Shown: one piece after another, positions 50,804 to 61,031 of the stretch
Layout: each line of letters begins with the position of its first letter
How positions within the stretch are numbered: position 1 is the stretch's first letter
Assembly (NCBI GenBank): GCA_009786125.1
Contig: WQTU01000138.1
Coordinates: forward strand, 12,721-76,720
From: Spirochaetota bacterium
GTDB lineage: Bacteria > Spirochaetota > Spirochaetia > CADAEX01
Direction of reading: 5' to 3'
DNA: 64,000 nucleotides
Notes under the pieces: model-generated
Told to the model about the DNA's origin: nothing
The model's input: the letters and a program-made list of their open reading frames with translations, nothing else
Databases searched by the model: none
Position numbers and translations under genes: made by a program

Positions 50804-51578
50804 ATTGAGTATTTTTGGGTTTGGGAAACAATTTAAATTAAACGCCCCTGAAATAACTCTGTCAAGAAAGAAAGAACTGCTATTATTTCAGAGTCATGCA
50901 GAGATAAGGTTCAAAAAGCTTGATTTTTTGAACCTTGCTTTTTGCCACAGATCTTATGCAAATGAAAGCGCAAACAGTACAGATAATAATGAGAAGCTGG
51001 AATTTCTCGGAGATTCTATCCTCGGTTTTGTTACATGCGAATATCTTTTTTGTCTTCTTCCGGATAAAGCAGAAGGCGATCTTGCCAAGATAAAAAGCTT
51101 TGTAGTAAATGAAAACACTTTAAGCAACATCGCAAGAAAAATTAAAATAGACAACTATATTTTGATTGGCAAAGGAGAAGAATATTCCGGAGGCAGGAGC
51201 AAAAAAGCAATACTTGCAGACTGCGTTGAAGCAATAATCGGAGCTTATTATTTAGATTCCGGCTTAAAAGATGCCAGAGCTTTCATTCTCAAGTTTATTG
51301 TGCCGGAAATAATGAAAGTCATCGAAAACAAGCATGATAAAGATTATAAAACCCTTTTACAAGAGCTTGTCCAAAAAAAATATAAAACATACCCAAAATA
51401 CAAACTTATTAACAAAACCGGACCGGATCATGATAAAACTTTTGTTATGGAAGTGAAAATTAAAGAAAAAACATTCGGCTGCGGCGAAGGGAAAAATAAA
51501 AAAACAGCAGAACAAAATGCAGCCCGAATAGCATATACAGCCCTTCTGGCAGAATTTGGAGAAACAGAACCTTCGTAG
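50793..51578 (+). CDS. rnc: ribonuclease III (TTG start; an alternative TTG lies at 50805)
   Basis: [13 protein letters not shown] (RNase III signature); C-terminal dsRBD ([12 protein letters not shown]...[14 protein letters not shown]). Confidence 0.9.
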   Translation: MRNKLSIFGFGKQFKLNAPEITLSRKKELLLFQSHAEIRFKKLDFLNLAFCHRSYANESANSTDNNEKLEFLGDSILGFVTCEYLFCLLPDKAEGDLAKIKSFVVNENTLSNIARKIKIDNYILIGKGEEYSGGRSKKAILADCVEAIIGAYYLDSGLKDARAFILKFIVPEIMKVIENKHDKDYKTLLQELVQKKYKTYPKYKLINKTGPDHDKTFVMEVKIKEKTFGCGEGKNKKTAEQNAARIAYTALLAEFGETEPS

Positions 51579-51653
51579 GTCTTGCAAGTCTTTACTGGCA
51601 CCCCCGCACAACAGAGCCCTTAATTTTAGACCTGTTTAGCAAAGCCCCTGCAC

Positions 51654-53009
51654 TTAGACCTCTATACACTTAATCCTGGATTCGTAAAAACTTTTTGCCA
51701 TCTCAATAAGTTTGTCTTCATTATTAAGAGCAGGGTCTTCCAGAACAGAGTCCAGAAGAAATTGCAAAACCAGCCCCATTTGATGACTCTTTGGAATACC
51801 TGCTTTTGAAGAAAGAATATTGCCGTCAACATCAAGATTTTTTATTGAAAATGCAGATTCTCTTTGTAAAATGTCATTTATTCTGCTTACTAAAGAAATA
51901 TCGGTTTGACACTGCCGTGTTTCCCCTTTCATGGCGCTTTTGTCAGCATGCCTGAGTTTTAAAAGATCCTGTATGTTTTCCGGTCCGACTTTTGCTATAA
52001 ACCTTCGTATGGCGCCGTCGGTCCAATCTCTTGTATAATTAAACATGTGGAATTTTATTAGGTGCGTTACCTGCTTTATTGTTTGTTTTGGAAATTTCAG
52101 ATCCGTCAGAATAGTTTCTGCCATTTTTGCAGAAAGAGCATCGTGATTGTAAAATGTAGGCTCTCCGTTTTTGAGGTCAAAGCATCTTGGTTTTCCAATG
52201 TCATGAAGCAGCGCAGCAAGCTTAATAGCAATATTTTTCTCTGCAAAATCCGGTGCAATAACAGAATGCTCAAAAACATCAAATTTGTGCATTATTTTCT
52301 GCTTTATGCCAACGCCTTCCAGCAATTCAGGAATTATATATTTTAATACCCCAGTTTCTTTCATAATATAAAAAGCAATGGAAGGCTTATCTGAAAGAAG
52401 AATGTGCTTAATCTCATCTCGTATTCGCTCAACCGCAATTAATTTCAGCCTTTCTGCTTCCTGTATTATGCCTTTAAAAGTTTTTTCTTCAATGGTAAAT
52501 TGCAGCTGGGAAGCAAACCTGCACGCCCTTAAAACCCTAAGCCCGTCCTCTGCAAATCTCTCCTCCGGAACACCAATCGCTCTTATTATCTTATCGCGAA
52601 GATCTTGCTGCCCATTCTGCGGGTCTATAAGCTCGTCGGTAAGAGGATCAATAGCCATTGCATTTATCGTAAAATCTCTGCGTTCCAAATCAGCATAAAT
52701 AGAAGTGCTGTATTTAATAGAATCCGGGTGCCTGCTGTCTGTATATTTTCCATCGATGCGAAATGTTGTTACTTCGAATTTCATTCCCTCAAAGTGAACA
52801 GTTACAGTTCCGTGGTCGATTCCCGTAGGTATGACATTTTTAAAAAGAGAGATAACCTGCTCCGGCAAAGCATCTGTTGCAAAATCATAATCAGAAGGCG
52901 GGCTCATTCCGCCAACATAATTTCGCACAGCGCCGCCCACAAGATAGCACTGAAACCCCGCGTCTTTTAATATTTTACAAAAATATTTTATTTTTATAGG
53001 TATCTTCAC
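51654..53009 (-). CDS. cca: CCA tRNA nucleotidyltransferase / poly(A) polymerase family with HD domain
   Basis: GGAVRN...DYDFAT head-domain motif; HD motif LHDIGK; 451 aa. Confidence 0.7.
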   Translation of the reverse strand: MKIPIKIKYFCKILKDAGFQCYLVGGAVRNYVGGMSPPSDYDFATDALPEQVISLFKNVIPTGIDHGTVTVHFEGMKFEVTTFRIDGKYTDSRHPDSIKYSTSIYADLERRDFTINAMAIDPLTDELIDPQNGQQDLRDKIIRAIGVPEERFAEDGLRVLRACRFASQLQFTIEEKTFKGIIQEAERLKLIAVERIRDEIKHILLSDKPSIAFYIMKETGVLKYIIPELLEGVGIKQKIMHKFDVFEHSVIAPDFAEKNIAIKLAALLHDIGKPRCFDLKNGEPTFYNHDALSAKMAETILTDLKFPKQTIKQVTHLIKFHMFNYTRDWTDGAIRRFIAKVGPENIQDLLKLRHADKSAMKGETRQCQTDISLVSRINDILQRESAFSIKNLDVDGNILSSKAGIPKSHQMGLVLQFLLDSVLEDPALNNEDKLIEMAKSFYESRIKCIEV

Positions 53010-53254
53010 TTTATCCCATCAGCCAATATAACTTAATTCAATTACTTTATAGTTAACACCTATTACAAATACGATGTCAATAATGCAAGTTGCCTCATAA
53101 TTAATCTAACCCAAATTGTCATAAACCTTTACGCTACAAAGACTTAGCCAAGAAGCTAATTCCTTATAGAATAAGGAGTTATATGTGCCTAAAATCCGCA
53201 AGAAAATTCATAAAAAATTATCATATAAGTCTAAATCTATACAGGATTTAGACT

Positions 53255-53470
53255 TGAGCATGGTTAGGTTTTATTATGAGGCATCACTCGCTCGGTTCAC
53301 AATGGGCATAGCCCCTTTGTCCGCCTCGCCGTTCGGTCACACCCACAAGGGGTACTTTGTGTGCAAACTACGTTTGCCCGCGATTCTCGCTTACTTGGTG
53401 GATGTGCATGCAAGCACGCCCGCGACGCTCGCTTTATTCAGAAATAAAAAAACAAGCACAAAAAAACCGG
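53255..53470. repeat. copy of the dispersed GC-rich repeat family
   Basis: Matches 18690-18830 (direct) and 15775-15850 (inverted). Confidence 0.7.
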
Positions 53471-53526
53471 ACAAGCTCCAATAAGCGCCTGCCCGGTAAT
53501 AATTAAAACTAGAATCTTTGCCCAAA

Positions 53527-54429
53527 TTATTGGAAAAGCTGCATAACTGTCTGAGATCTCTGGTTAGCCTGTGCAAGCATAGCTGTAGCAGCCTGAACAA
53601 GAATCTGATTTCTGACATAAGAAACCATTTCTTTAGCCATATCCGCATCTCGGATTCTAGATTCAGCAGCCTGAAGATTTTCAGCTCCAACTGCAAGCCC
53701 TCTCATTGTGTGTTCGAGCCTGTTCTGGTAAGCGCCAAGGTCTGCTCTTTGCTTGTTTACAATCATGAGCGCATTGTCGATCAGACCTATTGCCATATTT
53801 GCTCTGTCCGGAGTAGTCAAAGAAATAAATGTTGCATGGGCTGGATTTCCAAAAGGACTCTGTATGCCAAGTGCCTGAGCTGTCATAGTTCCTATGAAAA
53901 GTCTTTCTCTCTGGTCCATGTTAGCGCCAATATGGAGCCACATACTTGCTGTTACAACATTCTCGCCTGTTTCGCGTGCAAATCTTCCGGTAAGCATATT
54001 AAGACCATTAAACTGAGCATGAGAAGCTATTCTGTTTATTTCAGCAACAAGCTGAGAAACTTCAACCTGGATCATCATTCTGTCTTCTGATGTGTAGATA
54101 CCATTTGATGCCTGGATAGCAAGTTCTCTGATTCTTATAAGAATTGATTGCGTTTCCTGAAGGTAGCCTTCTGCTGTTTGAATAAAAGAAATACCATCCA
54201 ATGCGTTCATTTCAGCTCTGTTAAGACCTCTGATTTGAGCTCTCATTTTTTCAGATACTGCAAGTCCTGATGCATCATCGCCGGCTCTGTTAATTCTCAG
54301 ACCAGACGATAACCTTTCCATGTCTTTTCCTATTTCCCAGTTGTTAAACTTTTGTGCTCGATGTGCAAACATTGCGCTAAGATTGTGGTTAATTATCATA
54401 TATCCTCCTTGATATTTAGGGGCAGACAT
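53527..54429 (-). CDS. flaB: flagellar filament core protein FlaB (flagellin)
   Basis: [16 protein letters not shown]...[31 protein letters not shown] is the spirochete FlaB N-terminus; conserved C-terminus (LAQANQ...VMQLFQ). Confidence 0.92.
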   Translation of the reverse strand: MSAPKYQGGYMIINHNLSAMFAHRAQKFNNWEIGKDMERLSSGLRINRAGDDASGLAVSEKMRAQIRGLNRAEMNALDGISFIQTAEGYLQETQSILIRIRELAIQASNGIYTSEDRMMIQVEVSQLVAEINRIASHAQFNGLNMLTGRFARETGENVVTASMWLHIGANMDQRERLFIGTMTAQALGIQSPFGNPAHATFISLTTPDRANMAIGLIDNALMIVNKQRADLGAYQNRLEHTMRGLAVGAENLQAAESRIRDADMAKEMVSYVRNQILVQAATAMLAQANQRSQTVMQLFQ

Positions 54430-54514
54430 CCTTGTCTGCTCGTCTAATTAATTTTTCGGGTTCCTTTAAAAAAGCTTTAGAAAAAAGAATAAAAATATAT
54501 TAAACTTTTTTTTA

Positions 54515-55153
54515 ATGACAGGACTGATCTTCACAGGCGGCGAAGGCCCTTTCCCCGAAAGAGAGATTCTCGAAATTATTAAAGATGCTTCTATTACAGT
54601 AGCAGCAGATTCTGGTCTGCATTTAGCAGAAAAATTCAATATTAAGCCGGATTTTATACTTGGCGATATGGATTCTATCGGGAATGTTGACGATATATTA
54701 AAAAAATATCCAAAAGAAAGCATATTTCGCTATAAAGAGGATAAAGATTTTACAGATACAGAGCTTGCTCTGTTGTTTCTTGCCGAAAAAGGGTGCAAAA
54801 AAACTATAATTATAGGCGGCGCGGGTGCCAGAACAGACCATTTTTTAGGCATATTTTGCCTTTTTTTTAGAGCGCAGCGGCCTGATATATGGGTCTTAAA
54901 AGAAGAAATAGCATGGAATGTTGAAGGAAAGTTTTCACTCAGCAGCATTAAAGGTGAAACAATTTCTTTTTTTCCATTATCAGAAGAGTGCAGGATGAAA
55001 AGCGCCGGGCTCAAGTGGGAACTTGATTCGCTTATTTGGAAGATTGGCGATGCAGGAATCAGCAATATAGCGCTTGGAGATAAAATCGAGATTGAAATGA
55101 CAAAAGGAAGGCTTTTGCTTGTTAAAAATGTTTGCAAACAGGAATACAGATGA
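54515..55153 (+). CDS. thiN: thiamine diphosphokinase
   Basis: IFTGGEGP...AADSG...LGDMDSI...IIGGAGARTDHFLG motifs of thiamine pyrophosphokinase. Confidence 0.7.
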   Translation: MTGLIFTGGEGPFPEREILEIIKDASITVAADSGLHLAEKFNIKPDFILGDMDSIGNVDDILKKYPKESIFRYKEDKDFTDTELALLFLAEKGCKKTIIIGGAGARTDHFLGIFCLFFRAQRPDIWVLKEEIAWNVEGKFSLSSIKGETISFFPLSEECRMKSAGLKWELDSLIWKIGDAGISNIALGDKIEIEMTKGRLLLVKNVCKQEYR

Positions 55154-57066
55154 AAAGAACTGTTTTTGATGAAATGGCTGTCTCTATTTCTGAAAAAGAA
55201 AGGCGCGATCTTTTAAAAAAAATAAACCGGAACATGAATCTCAATGATCCAAGATTTGAAGAAGCAATATACCATGTAGACCTGCCAAAAGAAGAAAAAG
55301 ATAAATATATAAAAGAGGAAATTGCAAAACTGGGTTTTTTTGAAAGACTTATTTTGAAAATCAAAAAGTTTTTTTCCGGCAAAACAGAAGAAGCAACCTA
55401 TAATGATTTAAAATTTGCAGCGCTTAGAAAAAGTATTTCAAAAAAATCTCCGGGAATTACCAATTTTGATGCACGTACTATTTCAAGATTATTTGCAGAA
55501 ATCGTATATCCTATGGCTTTAAAAACGTCTTCTCTGGTGCATCTCTTCGAAGAATTCTGGAGACAGGGCGATACTTTTCAGAAAATTTTGACTCAGCTTG
55601 TTGAATCAAGGCTTCCAGGAGTTGTTAGAACAATTGACGACCTCTTAAGCGATGAAGATGCAGAAAGTATTGTTTTTGAAAAAGAGACAAAAACAGCAAT
55701 AAAAGACGAGGTTATATTAAGATTCAACAGTTACGCAAAAAAAGTCTCAGATTCGGTTTTTCACGAAATAGAAGAAGAAATTCTCCCACTTTATTATTTT
55801 CGCCCTGTAATAGTTTTCCCATATTATGACTTTTTTAAACTTTTTGGTTTTAATCCATATTCCGCAGCAAGCAGCCTCAAGGGCAGTTCCGGAAATAGCT
55901 CTTTTTCTCTTAAAAGCTCGCCTTCTTTTAGCTGCATAGTTGACATTGAAAGACTCTATTATGCAATTTATATGGTATTAAAGGTTAGCCGGCCTATTAA
56001 AATTGATCCGTTATTGGGAGAACATTTTTGCAGAAACATCAAAGAAGAAAATATAGAGCCGAAAAACAGCCGTGAGATAGGCGCTCAGGACACTCCGGAC
56101 AACCGGGAACTTGACTATGAATATCTTGATGAAGATATAATCAAAAATAGCTTTGACAACTCCGGCAGTAAATCAGATGATAATGAAAGTGCCGAAAATA
56201 AACGTAAATGGTTTTGCGATAAACTGGATGAAATTTATGATGAGAGCAAAAGAATTGACAAAAAAATAGCTTTGGTTGAACTTATAAAATATTACAGAAA
56301 TGACTATTATTACAAACTTGCTTTTTACGTACCCAAACTTCGACTAAAAGAACTCTATTTTGCCAGCCTTAAAATTCAAATTCTCGAACAGATAAATGAA
56401 AAATATGCAAGAGCAAGAAATTCTATGATTGAAAGAAACATCGACAGGCTTTTTAGAGGCAAGACATTTATGAAATTTCTTCATTTTAGAACCTATATTG
56501 GTTTTGATCATGAAAAAATTGGAGTAGCTTATTTTGCAAATATCAGAAGCATGGAACTGCTTTACAACTACCTTGTCTATTATTATAACGACAGAATAAG
56601 GCAAATTTTAGACTTTTCGACAAAAACTATTTTAGCCCAGGATAAAATAACATCAACAAATGTAATGATGCAAGTTTCCACTATAGATGATGCTTTTGTA
56701 AAAATACAGGATTTTGACAAAGCCCTAAGTCCTGATGCAGAAGACGGCAAGCTTTTTCTCAGGCTGCGGCATGGGCTTCTAAGTGACGTAGCTTATCTTA
56801 AAATGTATAAAGGCTTTCTTCTACAAAAAAATAAAACATCCAAAGATATAATAAATCGCTCTCTCGAAGCTTTTGAAAATATAATGCGAACTTTCTCCGA
56901 ATTACTTAATTCTTCCTTGTTTGAAATAAAAAATAGCCTTGCTGTTAGCTATAATATAGATGGCAAAACAAGAAGCTTTAGGGAATTTCTTGTAGAAGCA
57001 GTTGAGAATATAAGGTATTTTAAAACCCTTCTTACGCAGATTATGAAAACCGAAGAAAAAGGCTAA
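55150..57066 (+). CDS. hypothetical protein (large, Lys/Glu-rich, helical)
   Basis: 639-aa ORF; its start overlaps the thiN stop (ATGA); no motif recognised. Confidence 0.4.
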   Translation: MKRTVFDEMAVSISEKERRDLLKKINRNMNLNDPRFEEAIYHVDLPKEEKDKYIKEEIAKLGFFERLILKIKKFFSGKTEEATYNDLKFAALRKSISKKSPGITNFDARTISRLFAEIVYPMALKTSSLVHLFEEFWRQGDTFQKILTQLVESRLPGVVRTIDDLLSDEDAESIVFEKETKTAIKDEVILRFNSYAKKVSDSVFHEIEEEILPLYYFRPVIVFPYYDFFKLFGFNPYSAASSLKGSSGNSSFSLKSSPSFSCIVDIERLYYAIYMVLKVSRPIKIDPLLGEHFCRNIKEENIEPKNSREIGAQDTPDNRELDYEYLDEDIIKNSFDNSGSKSDDNESAENKRKWFCDKLDEIYDESKRIDKKIALVELIKYYRNDYYYKLAFYVPKLRLKELYFASLKIQILEQINEKYARARNSMIERNIDRLFRGKTFMKFLHFRTYIGFDHEKIGVAYFANIRSMELLYNYLVYYYNDRIRQILDFSTKTILAQDKITSTNVMMQVSTIDDAFVKIQDFDKALSPDAEDGKLFLRLRHGLLSDVAYLKMYKGFLLQKNKTSKDIINRSLEAFENIMRTFSELLNSSLFEIKNSLAVSYNIDGKTRSFREFLVEAVENIRYFKTLLTQIMKTEEKG

Positions 57067-57146
57067 ATTCGGCGCTAAAAACAAGCCGCTGGTCGGTTTT
57101 TGGGGCATTTGCAGGCGTTTTTCCGACCATCGGTATGTTTTGCATT

Positions 57147-57962
57147 TTAATCGCGGTTAAAAATGTCCCCATGCGGGTTAATTCTAAAATACTCAAGTAG
57201 AATAGGGTGATCGGTAAGCAGTTCTGCATATCTTCTAAGTGCATTAAGCCTTTGAGTAAATTCTGCTTCCTGGGCTGCTGCCCTAAGTTCCAGCTCCAGC
57301 AAAAAACTCCTTCTGCCTTCTGCAATTTCCCTGTAGAGCCTGGCAGCCAGCCTGTAAAGATTTATATCAGGAAGCTGTCTGGCGGTAACAATCAGCCCAC
57401 TCATTTCAATATTGCGAACACTCGAAGTTATTGCTGCTTTTAGCATTTCCGGCGAGAACATATCCTGTTCAACTTCCGCAGTTGTTAATATAACAAATCT
57501 GGTTTCGATATAACTTTTTAATGCGCTTTGTATCTGCCTGTCTGTTTCTGCAAAAAAATTATCAACACCGGCTTCATAAAATGCTGCGATATTTCTACTT
57601 CGGGCTAAATTATTCAAAAAATTCCTGCTTATGGAATATGTTGCTGTAACTGAAACAGAATAGGAAAAATCAGGATTTTCCTGTAAAATTTGAGAATATA
57701 TATTTCCTGAAGGAAGAGTTCCTCTTGCTGTAATATTCCTGCTTCTCGAAGCATTGCTTATGATATAAGTTTGCGAATTTCGGGGAATAAGCCTTTGCCA
57801 TCTAAAATGAAACTGCCCTGTTTCAAGAACATTTTCATCATAGCCCGTAAGAGTAGAGAAAAATACAGCATAACTGTTTTCCGGCACTCTTATCCATCCA
57901 AAATAAAAAACAATTCCTACTATTGAAGCAGTAAATATTAGATAGAAAATAAATTTTTTCAT
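57147..57962 (-). CDS. hypothetical membrane-anchored protein (possibly SPFH/band-7-like)
   Basis: N-terminal TM (IFYLIFTASIVGIVFYFGWI); 271 aa; C-terminal coiled coil. Confidence 0.4.
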   Translation of the reverse strand: MKKFIFYLIFTASIVGIVFYFGWIRVPENSYAVFFSTLTGYDENVLETGQFHFRWQRLIPRNSQTYIISNASRSRNITARGTLPSGNIYSQILQENPDFSYSVSVTATYSISRNFLNNLARSRNIAAFYEAGVDNFFAETDRQIQSALKSYIETRFVILTTAEVEQDMFSPEMLKAAITSSVRNIEMSGLIVTARQLPDINLYRLAARLYREIAEGRRSFLLELELRAAAQEAEFTQRLNALRRYAELLTDHPILLEYFRINPHGDIFNRD

Positions 57963-58079
57963 GAAATTACTCCGATTATTTATAATAACAGAGGCTAGTT
58001 AGAAAGCCAAGCTCTTAAAAACAATAAAAGTGATAAAGAAGCCTGTTAAAATTAGCAAATTACTGTTACAGTTTACTAA

Positions 58080-58412
58080 ATGATAGAAATAACTAAGCGC
58101 TTTTTTGTCCGAGCCGAAAAATTTATACTCTTTCTCTTTTTTTTACTTTTTTTTACTTTTCTGCTTTACATCACGGGCAACTTTCAATTGTTTCTTGATG
58201 CTAATCAAGTAATGCTTCTTAGAATTGCAAATGCAATTTCTGCGCTTCTTCTTGTTTGCTCTGTTTTTTACGGCAGCATACTGATGGTAACAGACATAGG
58301 AAAAGAGATGAAAAAAGATAAAAGGATTCGCAGATATATTCTTTTTACTTCGCTTTTTCTTTTTAGCGCATTTATTTTTTTTATGTCACGCTTTATCCTC
58401 GTCTGGGTGTAA
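58080..58412 (+). CDS. small hypothetical membrane protein
   Basis: 110 aa with three hydrophobic helices. Confidence 0.3.
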   Translation: MIEITKRFFVRAEKFILFLFFLLFFTFLLYITGNFQLFLDANQVMLLRIANAISALLLVCSVFYGSILMVTDIGKEMKKDKRIRRYILFTSLFLFSAFIFFMSRFILVWV

Positions 58413-58481
58413 AAATTACCCCGCGAGGCAGTATATATTTCAACTTATAGAACACTAGTATCGATAATAGAACTATTATAT

Positions 58482-59300
58482 ATGAATGTCCTCGTAAAAC
58501 ACTCAAGCAAAAATATTGTTCTAAAAACAAGTCTCGACGTATTACACATAAAAAAAGCATGTAAAATAGTAGAAGAACTGCTTATTGCGCTGGGTGCAGT
58601 TATTAAACCGGGCGTAAAAACTATTGATATCGACAAATTTGCAGGAGACTTTATTTTTAAACGAAAAGGCGCTTCGGGTTTAAAAGGATATATGGGCTTT
58701 CCTGCCAATGTGTGTATATCTGTAAATAATGTTGCTGCACACGGAATTGGCTGCGATTATGTCATAAGGGACGGAGATCTTATCACCATTGATACAACCG
58801 TAGGAGTTGATGGCTGGTATGGGGACGGCGCATGGACTTATATTGCCGGCGAAGCGACTCCGGAGAAAAAAAGACTTGTAAAAGCTGCCTGGAAAGCAAT
58901 GCTTGCCGGCATCGCAGAATCTTCTGCAGGTAAAAAACTTGGGGATATTGGAGCATCGGTAAAAAAAACCGCACTACGCTATGGGTGCAATGTTGTCGAA
59001 GACCTTGCGGGTCATGGCATCGGACGCAAAATACACGAAGAGCCTGTAGTTCTTCATGTTGGCAAAAAAGGCACAGGTTTGCCTATTATTCCGGGCATGG
59101 TTTTTACAATTGAACCTATTTTAACCTTAGGCTCCGGCAAAGTTCGATTTCATTCGGATAATTGGTCAATAATAATAGCAGATGACAATTTATCTGCCCA
59201 GTTTGAATGTACACTGGCTGTTTTTAAGAATCAGACTGATGTTCTTACGCTGAGTAATATTAATTTGCAAAAATATATTGACTTTCCCCCGATGTTTTAA
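58482..59300 (+). CDS. map: methionine aminopeptidase type I
   Basis: Metal ligands in GIGCDYVIRDGDLITIDT...HGIGRKIHEEP...EPI; 272 aa. Confidence 0.9.
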   Translation: MNVLVKHSSKNIVLKTSLDVLHIKKACKIVEELLIALGAVIKPGVKTIDIDKFAGDFIFKRKGASGLKGYMGFPANVCISVNNVAAHGIGCDYVIRDGDLITIDTTVGVDGWYGDGAWTYIAGEATPEKKRLVKAAWKAMLAGIAESSAGKKLGDIGASVKKTALRYGCNVVEDLAGHGIGRKIHEEPVVLHVGKKGTGLPIIPGMVFTIEPILTLGSGKVRFHSDNWSIIIADDNLSAQFECTLAVFKNQTDVLTLSNINLQKYIDFPPMF

Positions 59301-59358
59301 TAATAATATCGAGCGGATTAAAAATATCTAATTTAGATATTTTTAAAAATCCTGTTTT

Positions 59359-59432
59359 GCCGCCTTAGCTCAGCTGGCCAGAGCACGTGACTTGTAATCT
59401 CGGGGTCGTCAGTTCGAATCTGACAGGCGGCT
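59359..59432 (+). tRNA. tRNA-Thr (anticodon TGT)
   Basis: Hand-folded cloverleaf: acceptor gccgcct/aggcggc, D-arm gctc...gagc, anticodon loop cTTGTAa, T-arm gtcag-ttcgaat-ctgac. Confidence 0.9.
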
Positions 59433-59497
59433 AAAAGTTGGCAGCAGATTAAGTTGTTGACTTTGATTTCTGTTTCTGTTTAACTGATTTTTGATTA

Positions 59498-59579
59498 GGG
59501 GAGTTTCCCGAGTGGCCAAAGGGGGCAGACTGTAAATCTGTTGGCTTCGCCTTCAGTGGTTCAAATCCACTACTCCCCA
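59498..59579 (+). tRNA. tRNA-Tyr (anticodon GTA, long variable arm)
   Basis: Acceptor ggggagt/actcccc, anticodon loop ctGTAaa, long variable arm, T-loop ggttcaaatcc. Confidence 0.88.
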
Positions 59580-59585
59580 ACTTAG

Positions 59586-59618
59586 CCTGACTGCTAATAA
59601 GTGGTCGGGTTTTTTTTG
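59586..59618 (+). terminator. putative terminator after the tRNA pair
   Basis: Imperfect hairpin cctgac...gtcggg followed by T8. Confidence 0.5.
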
Positions 59619-59717
59619 CTTAGGTAACAAAAGCAGTAGTTTGGTTATAGTGGATTTGATGGTTTTTGCGGCTGAATTGCGGCGTATTTAGGGTTTTTTG
59701 CTGATGAGAGCTAAAAC

Positions 59718-60110
59718 CTATTTTTTATAGTGCTTGTTAATAGTATTTTCTATTCTTTCTAGCAAATCATTTTTTTCATAGGGCTTCATTATGTAATCAG
59801 CAGCGCCCATTTTATAAGCCTTCTTCATATCTTCTTTTTCCTGTAAGTGTGTCAAAAATGCTATAGGAACATCTTGCAGCAAACTAATGCCTCTTATTTT
59901 ACGATATGTTTCCCACCCATCCATGTCCGGCATTATTACATCCAGCAATATTATATGAGGAACGAACCCTTTCAGCAAATAATCCAATGCTTCTTGTCCT
60001 GACTTGGCAGTAATAACTTCGTATTTGTTTTTTAAGATATTTTTGGCAAATAATAGATTAAGGTCATCATCATCTGCCAAAAGTATTTTTTTTGCATCAT
60101 GGCTGCTCAT
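59718..60110 (-). CDS. single-domain response regulator (CheY-like receiver)
   Basis: KKILLADDDD...ILLDVIMPDMDGWET...; 130 aa. Confidence 0.85.
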   Translation of the reverse strand: MSSHDAKKILLADDDDLNLLFAKNILKNKYEVITAKSGQEALDYLLKGFVPHIILLDVIMPDMDGWETYRKIRGISLLQDVPIAFLTHLQEKEDMKKAYKMGAADYIMKPYEKNDLLERIENTINKHYKK

Positions 60111-60112
60111 AT

Positions 60113-60228
60113 ATTCCTACTTTCTCCGAAATTGCCTTGGTGTTCTACTTGTTTATGAGCTCAGACACTTATTCCTACTTTCTCCGAAATTGCCTTGGTG
60201 TTCTACTTGTTTATGAGCTCAGACACTT
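60113..60228. repeat. perfect tandem duplication, 2 x 58 bp (attcctactttctccgaaattgccttggtgttctacttgtttatgagctcagacactt)
   Basis: Seen directly. Unit 1 abuts the response-regulator start codon and contains its SD (ggagaaag on the minus strand). Confidence 0.95.
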
Positions 60229-60378
60229 GGTATTAAACTTCAAAATGCCTAATATCATTTTCAGTTACAAAAAAATAATTCAAAAAGCTAAGAGATTGTC
60301 AGCTGCCAAAGCGAGAATTGGCTTGCGCATCCATCGAATAAGTAAAGAGTTGCGGGCAAATAATGATAATTTCCTGCC

Positions 60379-60858
60379 TTGATTTTCAACCAGCTTTCTG
60401 TTTTGATTATAGAACTTATGAATACCCCATTTTACAACAAGGGCCTTTGCTTTCAGTGTACAAGATGCTCAAAATGCTGCAGGCACGATCCGGGTTATGT
60501 GTTTTTATCAAAAAACGATCTTCTTGCCTTATCTTCCTTTTTAGAAATAAGCAAAGACGATTTTCTCAAAAAATATTGTAAAATCGTAAACCTTGGCGTC
60601 GCCAGACGCATCAGTCTTATAGAGAAAAAAAACAGCGATTGCATTTTTTGGGATAATGGCGGATGCACAATATACGAACATAGACCACTGCAGTGCAAAG
60701 TTTACCCCTTTTGGAGTTCTGCTTTAGGTTCTCCGGAAAATTGGGAAGCGCTTGGTTACAACTGCCCCGGAGTAAACCAGGGAAAACTCTATGCGGCAGA
60801 AGAAATCGAAGAAAAACTGGCGCTGAGACGGCTCGACCCGCTTTTGGAGCCAGAGTAG
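60379..60858 (+). CDS. YkgJ-family (UPF0153) Fe-S/zinc cluster protein
   Basis: CFQCTRCSKCC Cys-rich motif (CxxCxxCC) and a second cluster C...GGC...C; true start probably M at 60418. Confidence 0.6.
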   Translation: MIFNQLSVLIIELMNTPFYNKGLCFQCTRCSKCCRHDPGYVFLSKNDLLALSSFLEISKDDFLKKYCKIVNLGVARRISLIEKKNSDCIFWDNGGCTIYEHRPLQCKVYPFWSSALGSPENWEALGYNCPGVNQGKLYAAEEIEEKLALRRLDPLLEPE

Positions 60859-61031
60859 GCGCTTGTAACACTATCAGTCTAAAAATATTAATATTGACAA
60901 ATAACTTCATACCAGTAAACTCTCTATAATCGCCCCATACTCCTTGGATATAATAGGTGGAGTATAGTTTAATAAGCAATATTCCGATATACTGGTAATG
61001 CAAAGCTTCATGGAGAAAAACTAATAAGTTT

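Noticed and set aside
53185-53484. 99-aa ORF between cca and flaB
   Set aside because: Lies over the dispersed GC-rich repeat copy; compositional artefact.
59359-59720. tRNA-Thr/tRNA-Tyr pair as an integration site for a genomic island or prophage
   Set aside because: No integrase, phage genes or direct repeat of the tRNA 3' end follow. A response regulator and housekeeping genes continue directly.
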